Assembly: GCA_035501955.1 (NCBI GenBank)
Contig: DATJVD010000052.1
Span: 77,487-141,486, forward strand
DNA from: Steroidobacteraceae bacterium
GTDB lineage: Bacteria; Pseudomonadota; Gammaproteobacteria; Steroidobacterales; Steroidobacteraceae
Length of the DNA: 64,000 nt
Direction of reading: 5' to 3'
Position numbers and translations under genes: made by a program. Below the pieces are notes generated by a model that did not search any database, was not told where the DNA came from, and saw nothing but the letters and a program-made list of their open reading frames with translations. Each line of letters starts with the position of its first letter. The stretch's first letter is position 1. This document shows positions 43,508-53,664 of the stretch, piece by piece.

Positions 43508-44775
43508 TGCGCGCCAGGCCGCGCATCATCGTGATCGGTGGAGGCTTTGCCGGGCTCTGGGCGGTGCGCGGACTGCGCGCCGCGGAGGCCGACGTGCTGC
43601 TCATCGACCGCTGCAACCACCACACCTTCCAGCCGCTGCTCTATCAGGTTGCCACCGCCGGTCTCGCGGCCCCTTCCATTGCGGCGCCCCTGCGTCACAT
43701 CCTGCGCAAGCAGCGCAACGTCACGGTGCTGCTCGGTGACGTACGCTCCATCGATGTGAGCGCGCACCACGTCATGATCGATGACCGCTCCTATGCCTAC
43801 GACTATCTGGTGATCGCCACCGGCAGCACGCATGCCTATTTCGGTCATGATGAATGGGAGGTGCATGCGCCGGGCCTGAAGACTCTGGAGGACGCGCTCC
43901 AAATCCGGGCGCGCATTCTCACTGCGTTCGAACGCGCGGAATCGACGCCCGACGCGCAGCAGCGTGCAGCCTGGCTCACGTTCGTCATCGTGGGTGGCGG
44001 ACCAACCGGCGTGGAGCTGGCCGGTACCCTGGCAGAAATCGCGCGCCACACGCTCAAGCGAGAGTTTCGCCATATCGATCCTGCCTCTGCGGCCGTATTA
44101 CTCATCGAGGCGGGACCGCGCGTGCTGCCGGCTTTTCCTGCATCGCTCTCCGCGAGCGCACAACGCCAGCTCGAGCGGCTCGGTGTCGTCGTACGCACGG
44201 GACATGCCGTCACGCACGTGGACGAGCACGGAGCCCGCGTCGGCGCAGAGCACGTCGCGGCGCGCACCGTATTGTGGGCCGCTGGTGTCGCCTCATCGCC
44301 GCTTGCTCGCTCGTTGGGAACCGCCCTCGATCGCGCAGGTCGGGTGCCCGTAGCTGCGGACCTGAGCGTCGTCGGTCATCCGGAGGTGTTCGTGGCCGGC
44401 GACCTCGCGAGCGTTCCGTACGGCTCGGGCACGGTGCCCGGCCTCGCGCCGGCCGCAAAGCAGATGGGACGTTACGTGTCGCAAGCATTGCGCGCGCGAC
44501 TCTCGGGCCGGCGCGCGGCGCCCTTTCGCTACCATCACTACGGCTCGCTCGCCACGATCGGGCGCATGGCCGCCGTGGTGGACTTCGGCCGCGTGCGTCT
44601 CTCGGGAGTCCTCGCCTGGTGGTTGTGGCTAGTCGCGCACATCTTCTTTCTGATCGGATTCCGCAATCGCCTGGTGGTGCTCATCGACTGGGCGAGCGCC
44701 TACTGGACCTATCAGCGCGGCGCACGCATCATCGTTGCGCCTGCGCCGCAGGATGACCCGACTTGGCGATCCTGA
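43504..44775 (+). CDS. ndh: Type II NADH:quinone oxidoreductase (NDH-2)
   Basis: 423 aa with PRIIVIGGGFAGLWAV and a second dinucleotide fold FVIVGGGPTGVELAG. Its ATG overlaps the exonuclease stop (ATGA). Confidence 0.85.
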   Translation: MMRARPRIIVIGGGFAGLWAVRGLRAAEADVLLIDRCNHHTFQPLLYQVATAGLAAPSIAAPLRHILRKQRNVTVLLGDVRSIDVSAHHVMIDDRSYAYDYLVIATGSTHAYFGHDEWEVHAPGLKTLEDALQIRARILTAFERAESTPDAQQRAAWLTFVIVGGGPTGVELAGTLAEIARHTLKREFRHIDPASAAVLLIEAGPRVLPAFPASLSASAQRQLERLGVVVRTGHAVTHVDEHGARVGAEHVAARTVLWAAGVASSPLARSLGTALDRAGRVPVAADLSVVGHPEVFVAGDLASVPYGSGTVPGLAPAAKQMGRYVSQALRARLSGRRAAPFRYHHYGSLATIGRMAAVVDFGRVRLSGVLAWWLWLVAHIFFLIGFRNRLVVLIDWASAYWTYQRGARIIVAPAPQDDPTWRS

Positions 44776-44780
44776 GCGAT

Positions 44781-46643
44781 ATGCCGCTGCGCAGTCGCGC
44801 GGACCTGAGAAGGTTCGAGGCCGCTCTGACGCTCGAGGAGCGTCTGCCGGAGCGCAGCGTCTACGATGTCTTCGCCGCAAGCGCCGCGCGGCATCCTGAC
44901 CGTACAGCGCTCACGATGCTGATGAGCGGCACGGCCGACGAGCGCCCGCGATGCGTCAGCTACCGCGAGCTACTGGAACTGGTGCGGCGCGCGGCCAATC
45001 TTTTCTTCCGTCTCGGCGGCGTGCGCCCCGGCGTGGCGTATCTGCTGCCGAATTTCATCGAGACGCACGCGGTGCTCTGGGGCGCGGAGACGGCCGGCTA
45101 TGCGGTGCCCGTCAATTACATGCTGCAGCCCGCGAGCATCGTCGAGCTCATTCGGGCTTCGCGTGCATCGCTGCTCGTTGCCCTCGGCGCGGAGCGCGGC
45201 TCGGGGTCGGACCTGTGGCAGAAGGCGCTCGCGGTGCGCGCGCAACTGCCGGCGCTCAAGCTGCTGCGCCTCGCGCCGCCCGATTCGTCATCGGAAGGCC
45301 AGGTCGATGCCGATGAGCTCGACTTTCATGCGGAGCTGATGGCGCAACCCGAGGATCACCTCGTCTTCGGTGGCGCGGGCGCGGGCGATGAGACCGCCGC
45401 ATTCTTCCATACGGGAGGCACCACCGGCGCACCCAAGCTCGTGCCTCACACGCATCGCGGGCAGCTCGTCGCTGCGCTCGGCGGTGTCGTGCTGCGTGAT
45501 CTGCGAGCAAGTGACGTGGTCAACGGGAGTCTGCCGCTATTTCACTCCGGCGGCACGATCATGGGCAGCCTGTGCCCCTTCATGGCGGGCGCGCACGTGC
45601 TGCTGATGTCCCCGGCCGGTTTGCGTAACCCCGCGATGGTCGCCGCCTTCTGGCGCATCGCGGCTCACTACCGCCTGTCGTGGGCCTGCGGCGTGCCGAC
45701 TTCGTTCGCCGCCGTGCTCGAGGTGCCCATCGAGGATGCTGATCTCAGTGCGCTGCGCGGCGGCTCGACCGGCGCCGCCACACTGCCGTCCGCGGTCGGA
45801 GAGCGCTTCCGCGAGCTCACGGGTCGTACGCTCTATCAGGGCTACGGCATGACCGAAGCTGCGGGTCTGATCGCCGTCGAATCCTCGAGTGCGGAGGGCG
45901 GCGGCGCCTCCGTCGGCTGGCCCCTGCCCTACACCGACGTGCGCGTGCGCAGGCTCGAGCCCGACGGCCGGCTCGGCCCGGTGTGCGCAGCGCGCGAGAT
46001 CGGGGCGGTCACGGTGCGCGGACCTACGGTGTCGCGCGGTTATCTCAATCCTGCGCAGGATGCGGGCACATTCGAGGGAGGCATGCTCAATACGGGCGAT
46101 CTCGGCTACACCGACGAGCAGGGCCGGCTCTATATCACGGGACGCTCGAAGGATCTGATCATTCGCGCCGGTCACAACATCGATCCAGCGATGATCGAGA
46201 ATGCATTGAGCATGCATCCGGCCGTCGCGCTGGCGGCCGCCGTTGGAATGCCCGATGCGCATGCGGGCGAGGTGCCGGTATGCTACGTGTCGCTGCGGCC
46301 CGGCGCGCAGACAAGCGACAGCGAGCTGCATGAGCACGCGCGCCGCACCGTCGCGGAGCGGCCGGCCTGGCCGCGCCACATCCTCATCGTAGAGGCCATG
46401 CCGCTCACCGAGGTGGGCAAGATCTACAAGCCCCGGCTGCGCCTCGACGCGACCGCGCGGCGCGTAACGCAACTCATACAGAGCGAGATGGCGCTTCCCG
46501 AGGCGCGGGTGCGCGTGAGCGAAGGCGGCCTGCGTGGCATCCGCGTGAGTGTCACGCTGCCTGCAGTGTACGGTGCGGCAGTCAGTTCAGTAGAGCAGGC
46601 GCTCGCCGCCTACCTGTTTGAATCGGATGTCACGGTCGCATGA
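44781..46643 (+). CDS. Acyl-CoA synthetase (AMP-binding family)
   Basis: Start reset to MPLRSRADL. Motifs [44 protein letters not shown] and VGKIYKP. Confidence 0.8.
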   Translation: MPLRSRADLRRFEAALTLEERLPERSVYDVFAASAARHPDRTALTMLMSGTADERPRCVSYRELLELVRRAANLFFRLGGVRPGVAYLLPNFIETHAVLWGAETAGYAVPVNYMLQPASIVELIRASRASLLVALGAERGSGSDLWQKALAVRAQLPALKLLRLAPPDSSSEGQVDADELDFHAELMAQPEDHLVFGGAGAGDETAAFFHTGGTTGAPKLVPHTHRGQLVAALGGVVLRDLRASDVVNGSLPLFHSGGTIMGSLCPFMAGAHVLLMSPAGLRNPAMVAAFWRIAAHYRLSWACGVPTSFAAVLEVPIEDADLSALRGGSTGAATLPSAVGERFRELTGRTLYQGYGMTEAAGLIAVESSSAEGGGASVGWPLPYTDVRVRRLEPDGRLGPVCAAREIGAVTVRGPTVSRGYLNPAQDAGTFEGGMLNTGDLGYTDEQGRLYITGRSKDLIIRAGHNIDPAMIENALSMHPAVALAAAVGMPDAHAGEVPVCYVSLRPGAQTSDSELHEHARRTVAERPAWPRHILIVEAMPLTEVGKIYKPRLRLDATARRVTQLIQSEMALPEARVRVSEGGLRGIRVSVTLPAVYGAAVSSVEQALAAYLFESDVTVA

Positions 46644-47848
46644 GGCCGGTATTTCCTGAGCTCGAGCCGCGCCACCGTGCGGTTGTGCACTTCATCCGGA
46701 CCATCCACGATGCGCATGGTGCGTAGGTGGGCGAACATGCGGGCCAGTCCCGCATCCGCCGTCACCCCTGCCCCGCCGAATGCCTGTATCGCATCGTCCA
46801 CCACCTGCAGGGCCACCTTGGGACCTGCGACCTTGATCATCGCGATCTCCGCGCGCGCCTCTTTGTTGCCCACCGTGTCCATCATGTAGGCGGCCTTCAG
46901 CGTTAGAAGACGCGTCATCTCGATGTTCGTGCGCGCCTCGGCGATCCGGTCCTCCCAGAGCGAGTGCTCCGCGATGGGCTTGCCGAACGCGACTCGCGCC
47001 AAGAGCCGCCGGCACATGGCCTCGAGCGCCCGCTCCGCCGCGCCGATGGTGCGCATGCAGTGGTGTATGCGGCCCGGCCCGAGCCGCCCCTGCGCAATCT
47101 CGAAACCACGTCCCTCGCCGAGGATCAGATTCTCCTGCGGCACGCGTACGTTCTCGAGCCGCACCTCGCCGTGCCCGTGCGGTGCGTCGTCGAAGCCGAA
47201 CACGGGCAGCATACGGATCACGTGGACGCCCGGCGTATCGCGCGGCACGAGGATCTGCGACTGCTGCAGATGCTGCGGCGCCCGCGCATCGGTCTTGCCC
47301 ATCACGATCAGAATCTTGCAATTGGGATCCCCGATGCCCGAAGACCACCACTTGTGGCCGTTGATGAGGTAGTGATCCGCGTCGCGGCGGATCTCCGTTT
47401 GGATGTTCGTAGCATCCGAGGATGCCACCGCAGGCTCGGTCATGAGATAGGCGGAGCGGATCTTGCCTGCGAGCAGCGGCTCGAGCCAGCGTTCCTTCTG
47501 CTCCGCGGTGCCGTAGCGCTCGAGCAGCTCCATGTTGCCCGTGTCGGGTGCACTGCAGTTGAACACTTCCGCGGCGAAATCCACGCGACCCATGACCTCG
47601 CAGAGCGGTGCGTATTCCACGTTCTTGAGCCCGCCGCCATGCGGGCTCTCCGGCAGGAACAGATTCCAAAGCCCCGCAGCCTGCGCCTTGCGCTTCAGCT
47701 CCTCCATGAGCGGTGGACGGCGCCAGCGATCAGAAGCGTGCTCGAGCTGCTCGTGATAGAGCGCCTCGGCAGGATAGACGTGAGTGTCCATGAATGCCTG
47801 CAGGCGTGCGATCAGATCGCGGGTACGCGCGTTGTGCTCGAAAATCAT
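46610..47848 (-). CDS. Acyl-CoA dehydrogenase (FadE2/ACAD10-like)
   Basis: 412 aa with [47 protein letters not shown], and FGGAG...IVDGPDEVH. Confidence 0.9.
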   Translation of the reverse strand: MIFEHNARTRDLIARLQAFMDTHVYPAEALYHEQLEHASDRWRRPPLMEELKRKAQAAGLWNLFLPESPHGGGLKNVEYAPLCEVMGRVDFAAEVFNCSAPDTGNMELLERYGTAEQKERWLEPLLAGKIRSAYLMTEPAVASSDATNIQTEIRRDADHYLINGHKWWSSGIGDPNCKILIVMGKTDARAPQHLQQSQILVPRDTPGVHVIRMLPVFGFDDAPHGHGEVRLENVRVPQENLILGEGRGFEIAQGRLGPGRIHHCMRTIGAAERALEAMCRRLLARVAFGKPIAEHSLWEDRIAEARTNIEMTRLLTLKAAYMMDTVGNKEARAEIAMIKVAGPKVALQVVDDAIQAFGGAGVTADAGLARMFAHLRTMRIVDGPDEVHNRTVARLELRKYRPHATVTSDSNR

Positions 47849-47883
47849 GGTGGGTGTCCTGTGATGCGCGCGGCGGATGCGCG

Positions 47884-49122
47884 CTAGCCGAGGGCCTCAT
47901 CGAGCGCATCGATCAGGGCGGCGACCTCGGCAGCCGATGTGTAGTGTAGAAACGAAGCGCGCACCGCGCCGCGCTCCAGATCGACTCCCATCGCCTCGAG
48001 GAGTCGCACGGCGTAGAAATCTCCATTGCCGATCATGAAGCCTCGCTCGGCGAGACGCCGCACCACGGCGCCCGGCTCCGCCGCCTCGGGAACGAAGGCG
48101 ACCGTTGCGGCGCGCTCGCGCGCCGCGGATGGCCCGAGTAAGCGCACGTGCTTGCGGGTACGCAGATAGGCGAGCAGCGGTTCGAGCAGCGGCAACTCTG
48201 CAGAGCGCAGGAGCTCGCGCACGCGCTGTGGACGCGCGTGCACATCGGCCGCGCCGTGATGGTGTGCATCGAGTGCGTCGAAATACTCGGCGATGCCGCG
48301 CGCCGCCGCGATTTGCGCATGATCGGGGCCGGCGGGCACGAGGCGCTTGGCGAGGTCATGCGAGTTGAAATAGTGGCCTTCGTTCTCGAGGCGCTCTGCG
48401 AGCTCGCGGCGCACGACCATGAGCCCCTGATGGGGGCCATAGGTCTTGTAGAGCGAGAACAAGTAGATGTCGACGTTCAACTGGCGCACGTCTGGCAGTC
48501 CGTGCGGTGCCCAGGCCACCCCGTCGACGACCGTCACGATGCCGGCGGCCCGGGCTCGAGAGGCGATCTGCGCCACCGGGTTGATCGCCGCAACAAGGTT
48601 CGATGCATGCGGAAAGGCGAGCAGCCGCACGCGCTCGCCCAGCAGCCGGTCGAGCTCGCCGACATCAAGGATGCCGGTGTCGTGGTCGACGCGCCATTCC
48701 TTGACGGTGATGCCCGCGGCCGCCAGACGCCGCCAGGAGCCACTGTTGGCCTCGTGATCCTGGTTGGTGACGATGATCTCGTCGCCGGGCTTCAGCAGCG
48801 AGCGAAAGGCTCGCGCGAGCACGTAGGTGTTCTGCGAAGTCGAGGGCCCGAAGTGCACCTCCGCCGCCGTCACGCCGAGATACTCCCCAAGGCGTGCGCG
48901 CGCAGCGTCCATCCACTCCCCGGCCTCGGTCGAGGCGGGATACGCGAAGTAAGGTTGAACTTTGAGGCGCCGATAGTACTCGGTCAGGCGCCGCACCACC
49001 GGCCAGCACGGATAGGATCCGCCGGCATTCTCAAAAAATGCCTGATGCTGCAGTGTCGGCTCGGCGAACGCAGGAAATTGACGGCGAACGAACTCCAGAT
49101 CCAGCGAGGGCGCGACGCTCAT
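47884..49122 (-). CDS. Class-V aminotransferase-fold PLP enzyme (cysteine desulfurase/SufS-like)
   Basis: 412 aa with [22 protein letters not shown], and probable PLP-Lys in [13 protein letters not shown]. Confidence 0.75.
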   Translation of the reverse strand: MSVAPSLDLEFVRRQFPAFAEPTLQHQAFFENAGGSYPCWPVVRRLTEYYRRLKVQPYFAYPASTEAGEWMDAARARLGEYLGVTAAEVHFGPSTSQNTYVLARAFRSLLKPGDEIIVTNQDHEANSGSWRRLAAAGITVKEWRVDHDTGILDVGELDRLLGERVRLLAFPHASNLVAAINPVAQIASRARAAGIVTVVDGVAWAPHGLPDVRQLNVDIYLFSLYKTYGPHQGLMVVRRELAERLENEGHYFNSHDLAKRLVPAGPDHAQIAAARGIAEYFDALDAHHHGAADVHARPQRVRELLRSAELPLLEPLLAYLRTRKHVRLLGPSAARERAATVAFVPEAAEPGAVVRRLAERGFMIGNGDFYAVRLLEAMGVDLERGAVRASFLHYTSAAEVAALIDALDEALG

Positions 49123-49228
49123 GGAGGCATGATCGCATCGTCCCTCGGGCGCGGCAACGGCACGGCCGACCGGCCGCCGAGAGTGCTAAGCTATCGGGGT
49201 CCCCAAGTAGAGCGCGCGAGAACCGCTC

Positions 49229-50008
49229 GTGAACGATGCACTATCGGACAATGCGCTGAGCGAGCTGCAACGCCTCGCCATCGATGCGGTGCACTCCGTC
49301 TCGGAACTGATTCTCTCCGGCTTTCGCAGCCCATCGCTCAAGCGCGAGCGCAAGCCCGATGGATCGGTCGTGACGCCCTTCGATCTCGAAGCCGAGCGCC
49401 GCATTCGAGCATTCCTCGGCAAGCATCAGCCGCAACCCTGGCCCGTGTTCGGCGAGGAGTTCGGTGCCGACACTGCCACCGCACGCTACCGCTGGGTGCT
49501 CGACCCTATCGATGGCACCTTGCCGTACTCGCGCGGGTTGCCGACCTTCGGCACGCTGCTGGGATTCGAGGACCTCACGACCCAGCGCTCGGTAGTGGGC
49601 GTGATTCACTTGCCTGCGATGCACGAGACCTATTCGGCAGTGCGTGGCTGCGGCGCCTGGTGCGGCAAAGAGCGACTGCACGTGACTCCCGAGCGGCCAC
49701 TGGCCGAATGCCTGGTATCACTGCCCGTCGAGCGCTATCCGACGGTGGTCGCGCGTGCCTCCGGAGCGGTGCCGCAGCTGCGGTGTTTCGCGGACTGCTA
49801 CGCACACGCCATGGTTGCCCGAGGTTGCCTCGATGCACTCGCAGAGTTTCGCCTGGCACGCTGGGACATCGCCGCCTCGGAAGTGCTGATCGAGGAGGCC
49901 GGTGGCAGCGTGCGCATCGCGCCGACGCCAAACGTGAGCGGCAAGTACGATCTGATTCTCGGCAGCCCGCAGGCGGCTGCCGCCCTGTCCGAGCTCGTCG
50001 GCTTCTAG
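49229..50008 (+). CDS. Inositol monophosphatase family protein (possibly histidinol-phosphatase-like)
   Basis: 259 aa with PFDLEAERRIR, WVLDPIDGT and WDIAASEVLIEEAGG. Confidence 0.8.
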   Translation: MNDALSDNALSELQRLAIDAVHSVSELILSGFRSPSLKRERKPDGSVVTPFDLEAERRIRAFLGKHQPQPWPVFGEEFGADTATARYRWVLDPIDGTLPYSRGLPTFGTLLGFEDLTTQRSVVGVIHLPAMHETYSAVRGCGAWCGKERLHVTPERPLAECLVSLPVERYPTVVARASGAVPQLRCFADCYAHAMVARGCLDALAEFRLARWDIAASEVLIEEAGGSVRIAPTPNVSGKYDLILGSPQAAAALSELVGF

Positions 50009-50023
50009 CCCGAGGAGATCCGC

Positions 50024-50254
50024 ATGTTCTTCCATCATGGTTATGGCATTTCGTGGCTCATCGTGGCGATCATCGCCGTCGTGCCGTTCTGGCGTCTGAG
50101 CGAGCGAGCAGGGTACTCGCCGTGGATCAGCCTGCTGATCCTGATCCCGATCGTGAACATCGTGTTCGTCTACTTTCTGGCATTCTCCGAGTGGCCGGCG
50201 CAGAGAAGTGCTGCGCTGCCGGGTGCGAGCCCGACGCCACCGCCACCACACTGA
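50024..50254 (+). CDS. Small membrane protein (two helices, Pro-rich tail)
   Basis: 76 aa with WLIVAIIAVVPFWRLSERAGYSPWISLLILIPIVNIVFVYFLAF. This resembles the (K/R)AG..W..LLIPI.N motif of small DUF5684-type proteins. Confidence 0.5.
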   Translation: MFFHHGYGISWLIVAIIAVVPFWRLSERAGYSPWISLLILIPIVNIVFVYFLAFSEWPAQRSAALPGASPTPPPPH

Positions 50255-50299
50255 CTGCGACCGGATCGCCCTTCTCGCTCGGCTGCTTTCGGGGGACTG

Positions 50300-51061
50300 A
50301 TGTCCATCCGCACCACCACCGCCAACGGCGTGCTCACGATCGAGATCGCGCGGCCGGAGAAGAAGAACGCGCTGACGCTTGCCATGTATCAGGCGCTGAC
50401 GGATGCCGTGCACGCCGCCGTGGCCGATACCGCGGTCCGTGCGCTCTTGATCGTGGGACAGCCCGGTGTGTTCACATCGGGCAACGACCTGGAAGATTTT
50501 CTGCAGCGACCGCCGGCCTCGGAGGATTCGCCGGTGTTTCGCTTCATGCAGACGCTCGCCTCATGCGACAAGCCAGTCGTCGCAGCAGTCACCGGCGTTG
50601 CCATTGGCATCGGCACGACGCTGCTACTGCATTGCGACCTGGTCTACGTGAGCGAGGAGGCGCGGCTCGCGATGCCGTTCGTGACGCTCGGGCTCGTGCC
50701 GGAGTTCGCATCGAGCCTGCTCGTCCCGCAGCTGCTGGGCCGCGTGCAAGCCGCCGAGAAGCTGCTGCTTGGGGAGCCGTTCACAGGCATCGAGGCCGTG
50801 CGGCTCGGGCTCGCGAATGCGGCTCTGCCGGCGGGTGAAGTCATCGGCCACGCGCGCCGTAGCGCCGAGCGCTTCAACGCGCTGCCGCGCGAGGCCGTGC
50901 GCGAGACCAAGCGACTGCTGCGCGCCGCATCGAGCGAAGCAATCTCCCGGGCGATGCAGGCCGAGGCCGTCGTGTTCGCAAGCCGCCTGCGCAGCGCGGA
51001 AGCGCAGGAAGCCTTCCGGGCTTTCTTCGAGAAGCGCAAGCCGGACTTCAGCAAGAGTTGA
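50300..51061 (+). CDS. Enoyl-CoA hydratase/isomerase family protein
   Basis: 253 aa with ITIARPEKKNALT, FTSGNDLEDF, VAAVTGVAIGIGTTLLLHCD and LGLVPE. Confidence 0.85.
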   Translation: MSIRTTTANGVLTIEIARPEKKNALTLAMYQALTDAVHAAVADTAVRALLIVGQPGVFTSGNDLEDFLQRPPASEDSPVFRFMQTLASCDKPVVAAVTGVAIGIGTTLLLHCDLVYVSEEARLAMPFVTLGLVPEFASSLLVPQLLGRVQAAEKLLLGEPFTGIEAVRLGLANAALPAGEVIGHARRSAERFNALPREAVRETKRLLRAASSEAISRAMQAEAVVFASRLRSAEAQEAFRAFFEKRKPDFSKS

Positions 51062-51065
51062 CATC

Positions 51066-51911
51066 GTGAGTGCCAATCATCGCGACCTGAAGGGAAAGAC
51101 GCTGTTCGTCAGCGGTGCATCGCGGGGTATCGGGCTTGCCATCGCGACGCGGGCGGCGCGGGATGGGGCCAACATCATCTTGGTCGCGAAGACCGTACAA
51201 CCTCACCCCAAGCTCCCCGGCACGCTCCACACCGCGGCCGCCGAGATCGAGGCTGCCGGCGGACAGGCGCTCACCGTTCCGACGGACATCCGTCACGAGG
51301 CGGCCATCGCCGCGGCGGTGCAAGCCGGCGTCGAGCGCTTCGGTGGCATCGACATCCTCATCAACAATGCGAGCGCGATCAGTCTCACCCCGACGCCCGC
51401 GACGCCGTTGTCGCGCTTCGATTTGATGTTCAGCATCAACGTGCGCGGCACCTACGCCTGCACCCAGGCGTGCCTGCCTGAGCTGATCAAGAGCGCGCGC
51501 GCCGGCCGCAATCCGCACATACTGACGCTGTCGCCGCCGCTCTCCATGAAGCCACAATGGTTTGCCCCGCACCTGGCGTACACAATGGCCAAGTACGGCA
51601 TGAGCATGTGCACGCTGGGACATGCCGAGGAGCTCAAGCAGCACGGCATCGGCGTCAACAGTCTCTGGCCGCGCACCGTCATCGCGACCGCGGCGCTGCA
51701 GATGATTCCGGGTATCGATGTCCGCAAGGCGCGCAAGCCCGAGATCCTCGCCGATGCGGCGTGGCTGATCCTCACCAGCGATGCGCGCCGCACGACGGGC
51801 AACTTCTTCATCGACGACACGCTGCTGGCCGAGCACGGTATAACGGACTTGGACCGCTATGCGGTCGTGCCCGGTACGCACGATCTGATTCCTGACCTAT
51901 TCATCGGGTGA
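51066..51911 (+). CDS. SDR family oxidoreductase (HSDL2-like)
   Basis: GTG start 5 nt after the preceding stop. Motifs LFVSGASRGIGLAIA, NNASAI and YTMAKYGM. Confidence 0.8.
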   Translation: MSANHRDLKGKTLFVSGASRGIGLAIATRAARDGANIILVAKTVQPHPKLPGTLHTAAAEIEAAGGQALTVPTDIRHEAAIAAAVQAGVERFGGIDILINNASAISLTPTPATPLSRFDLMFSINVRGTYACTQACLPELIKSARAGRNPHILTLSPPLSMKPQWFAPHLAYTMAKYGMSMCTLGHAEELKQHGIGVNSLWPRTVIATAALQMIPGIDVRKARKPEILADAAWLILTSDARRTTGNFFIDDTLLAEHGITDLDRYAVVPGTHDLIPDLFIG

Positions 51912-51915
51912 GCAC

Positions 51916-52776
51916 ATGGATATCACGCTGAGACGGGGAGTCCCGGGCGACGCGCAGCGCGGTTGCGCCGAAATCTGCTATCGCGCCTTTCGGACCATCT
52001 CTCAGGCGCATAACTTCCCTCCCGACGTTCCGTCCGTAGGTGTGGCGCTGCAGTTCCTGGAAGGCCTGTTCACGCATCCGGGCTTTTACTGCGTGGTGGC
52101 CGAGCAGGGCCAGCGCATCGTGGGCAGCAACGTGCTCGATGAGCGCGACACGATCTACGGCATCGGGCCCATCACGGTCGATCCCGAGGTACAGAACCGC
52201 TCGGTCGGTCGGCGCCTGATGGAGGACGTGCTGGCGCGCGCCACGGCCCGGGGCGCATCCGGTGTTCGCCTGGTGCAAGCTGCCTTCCACAATCGCTCGC
52301 TGTCGCTCTACACGAGTCTGGGATTCGAGGTGCGCGAGCCGCTTGCCTGTGTGCAGGGCGCCGCGTTAGGTCTGTCGCTGCCGGGGCGCCGCACCCGTGC
52401 GGCGGTCGAGTCCGACGTCGAGGCGTGCAATCAGGTGTGCCGGCAAGTGCACGGTCACGACCGTGGCGGCGAGCTGCGCGATGCGATCAGTCGCGGCCTA
52501 GCCACGGTTGTCGAGTATGGCGAGCGCATCACGGGCTACGCGACGCCCGTCGGCTTCTCTGGCCACGCGGTGGGCGAGTGCAACGCCGACCTCCAGGCTC
52601 TGATAGGCGCTGCGAAGGAGTTCGCAGGCCCCGGCTTCCTGCTGCCGACACGCAATGGTGAGTTGTTCCGCTGGTGCCTTGCCCATCAACTGCGAGTGGT
52701 GCAGCCCATGACGCTCATGAGCATCGGCCTGTATAACGAACCGGCAGGCGCGTTTCTGCCCTCGATCCTTTACTGA
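51916..52776 (+). CDS. GNAT-family N-acetyltransferase
   Basis: 286 aa. The acetyl-CoA-binding-type segment ITVDPEVQNRSVGRRLMEDVLARA and the duplicated acyltransferase-like halves fit GNAT. Confidence 0.7.
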   Translation: MDITLRRGVPGDAQRGCAEICYRAFRTISQAHNFPPDVPSVGVALQFLEGLFTHPGFYCVVAEQGQRIVGSNVLDERDTIYGIGPITVDPEVQNRSVGRRLMEDVLARATARGASGVRLVQAAFHNRSLSLYTSLGFEVREPLACVQGAALGLSLPGRRTRAAVESDVEACNQVCRQVHGHDRGGELRDAISRGLATVVEYGERITGYATPVGFSGHAVGECNADLQALIGAAKEFAGPGFLLPTRNGELFRWCLAHQLRVVQPMTLMSIGLYNEPAGAFLPSILY

Positions 52777-52851
52777 CGGCACACGGCTTGCTCACGGAAG
52801 CTGCGATCGCGCCCGCGCGCGGGGTCGCAACACCGATCAATGGAGGATCCG

Positions 52852-53127
52852 ATGAGCAGCACCGAGAGCAAGTCCAAGGTTCAGGGCGAAGGCGACTACG
52901 AGGCAGCCCGTCGTTATCGCAAGGACGTCGAGGAATTCGTCTCGAAGGCCGACGTCGACAAGGCCGCGCACGAAGCTGCGCCGAAATCTCCCGCCGAGAA
53001 AAAGGAGCTCGACGACGCCGAGCGTGCCGGCCTCTCACGGGCCAAATCCGACGATCGTGAGGACCACGGCATGGACGACGACCGTAGCAAGGCCAATCGT
53101 CCGGGCAATCCTCAAAGAACCTCCTGA
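52852..53127 (+). CDS. Small highly charged hypothetical protein
   Basis: ATG follows GGAGGA. Product is MSSTESKSKVQGEGDYEAARRYRKDVEEFVSKADVDKAAHEAAPKSPAEKKELDDAERAGLSRAKSDDRE... The EGDYEAARRY motif recurs in small proteobacterial proteins. Confidence 0.5.
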   Translation: MSSTESKSKVQGEGDYEAARRYRKDVEEFVSKADVDKAAHEAAPKSPAEKKELDDAERAGLSRAKSDDREDHGMDDDRSKANRPGNPQRTS

Positions 53128-53136
53128 ACGATCTGA

Positions 53137-53159
53137 GGGACTCAGATATCGTGAGTCCC
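53137..53159 (+). terminator. Hairpin downstream of the small charged-protein gene
   Basis: GGGACTCA-gatatcg-TGAGTCCC is a perfect 8 bp stem starting 10 nt after the stop. There is no U-tract, so it is only a terminator or stability candidate. Confidence 0.35.
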
Positions 53160-53292
53160 CCGAGCGGGCGGCGCCGGCACAGCAGCTTGCCGACCGGTGC
53201 CGTCTGCAAGGACCGACGGTCTTCGAAACAGTCAAATTTATTACCGTCGCGGCAAAATTCCCCTGTCAAGCCGGATGCGCTAACATACCGCC

Positions 53293-53493
53293 ATGGTTAC
53301 GAAGCTCGAAAAACCGCTGAAGCGCGAGATCGCCCTGGATGGCAAGGCCTACGTGGTGACGATTGCGCCCGACGGCCTGAAGATCACCCTGAAAGGCCAC
53401 CGGAAAGGTCAGGAGCTGCGTTGGCAGGACCTCCTCAGCGGAGATACAGCCCTGGCCACTGCGCTCAACGCATCGTTGAGCGAACCCACCTAG
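53293..53493 (+). CDS. Hypothetical 66-aa protein
   Basis: It is the only ORF in a 537 bp gap between plus-strand genes. Product is MVTKLEKPLKREIALDGKAYVVTIAPDGLKITLKGHRKGQELRWQDLLSG, which has protein-like composition, but there is no clear Shine-Dalgarno. Confidence 0.3.
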   Translation: MVTKLEKPLKREIALDGKAYVVTIAPDGLKITLKGHRKGQELRWQDLLSGDTALATALNASLSEPT

Positions 53494-53664
53494 CGGACCC
53501 ACCTAGAGCGAGCGCGGCTCCTCGATTGAATGCAGCCATCCGCGGCTGCGCAATTTCGTATGCGAAGGTCAGGCACAAGGTGAGCCTTGGCCTGCGGCGT
53601 GTGCACTCTCGCTGCGTGGCACGGAGCGTGCTTCGCAGATTGGTGCTTTGCACAGGAGAAACAC

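Noticed and set aside
48148-50838. 896-aa plus-strand ORF, the longest open frame in this part of the track
   Set aside because: It runs antisense through the class-V aminotransferase gene. It then runs out of frame across the IMPase, small-membrane-protein and enoyl-CoA hydratase genes. Its translation is Arg/Ala/Gly-rich with no recognisable motifs. This is a typical high-GC stop-codon-poor artefact.
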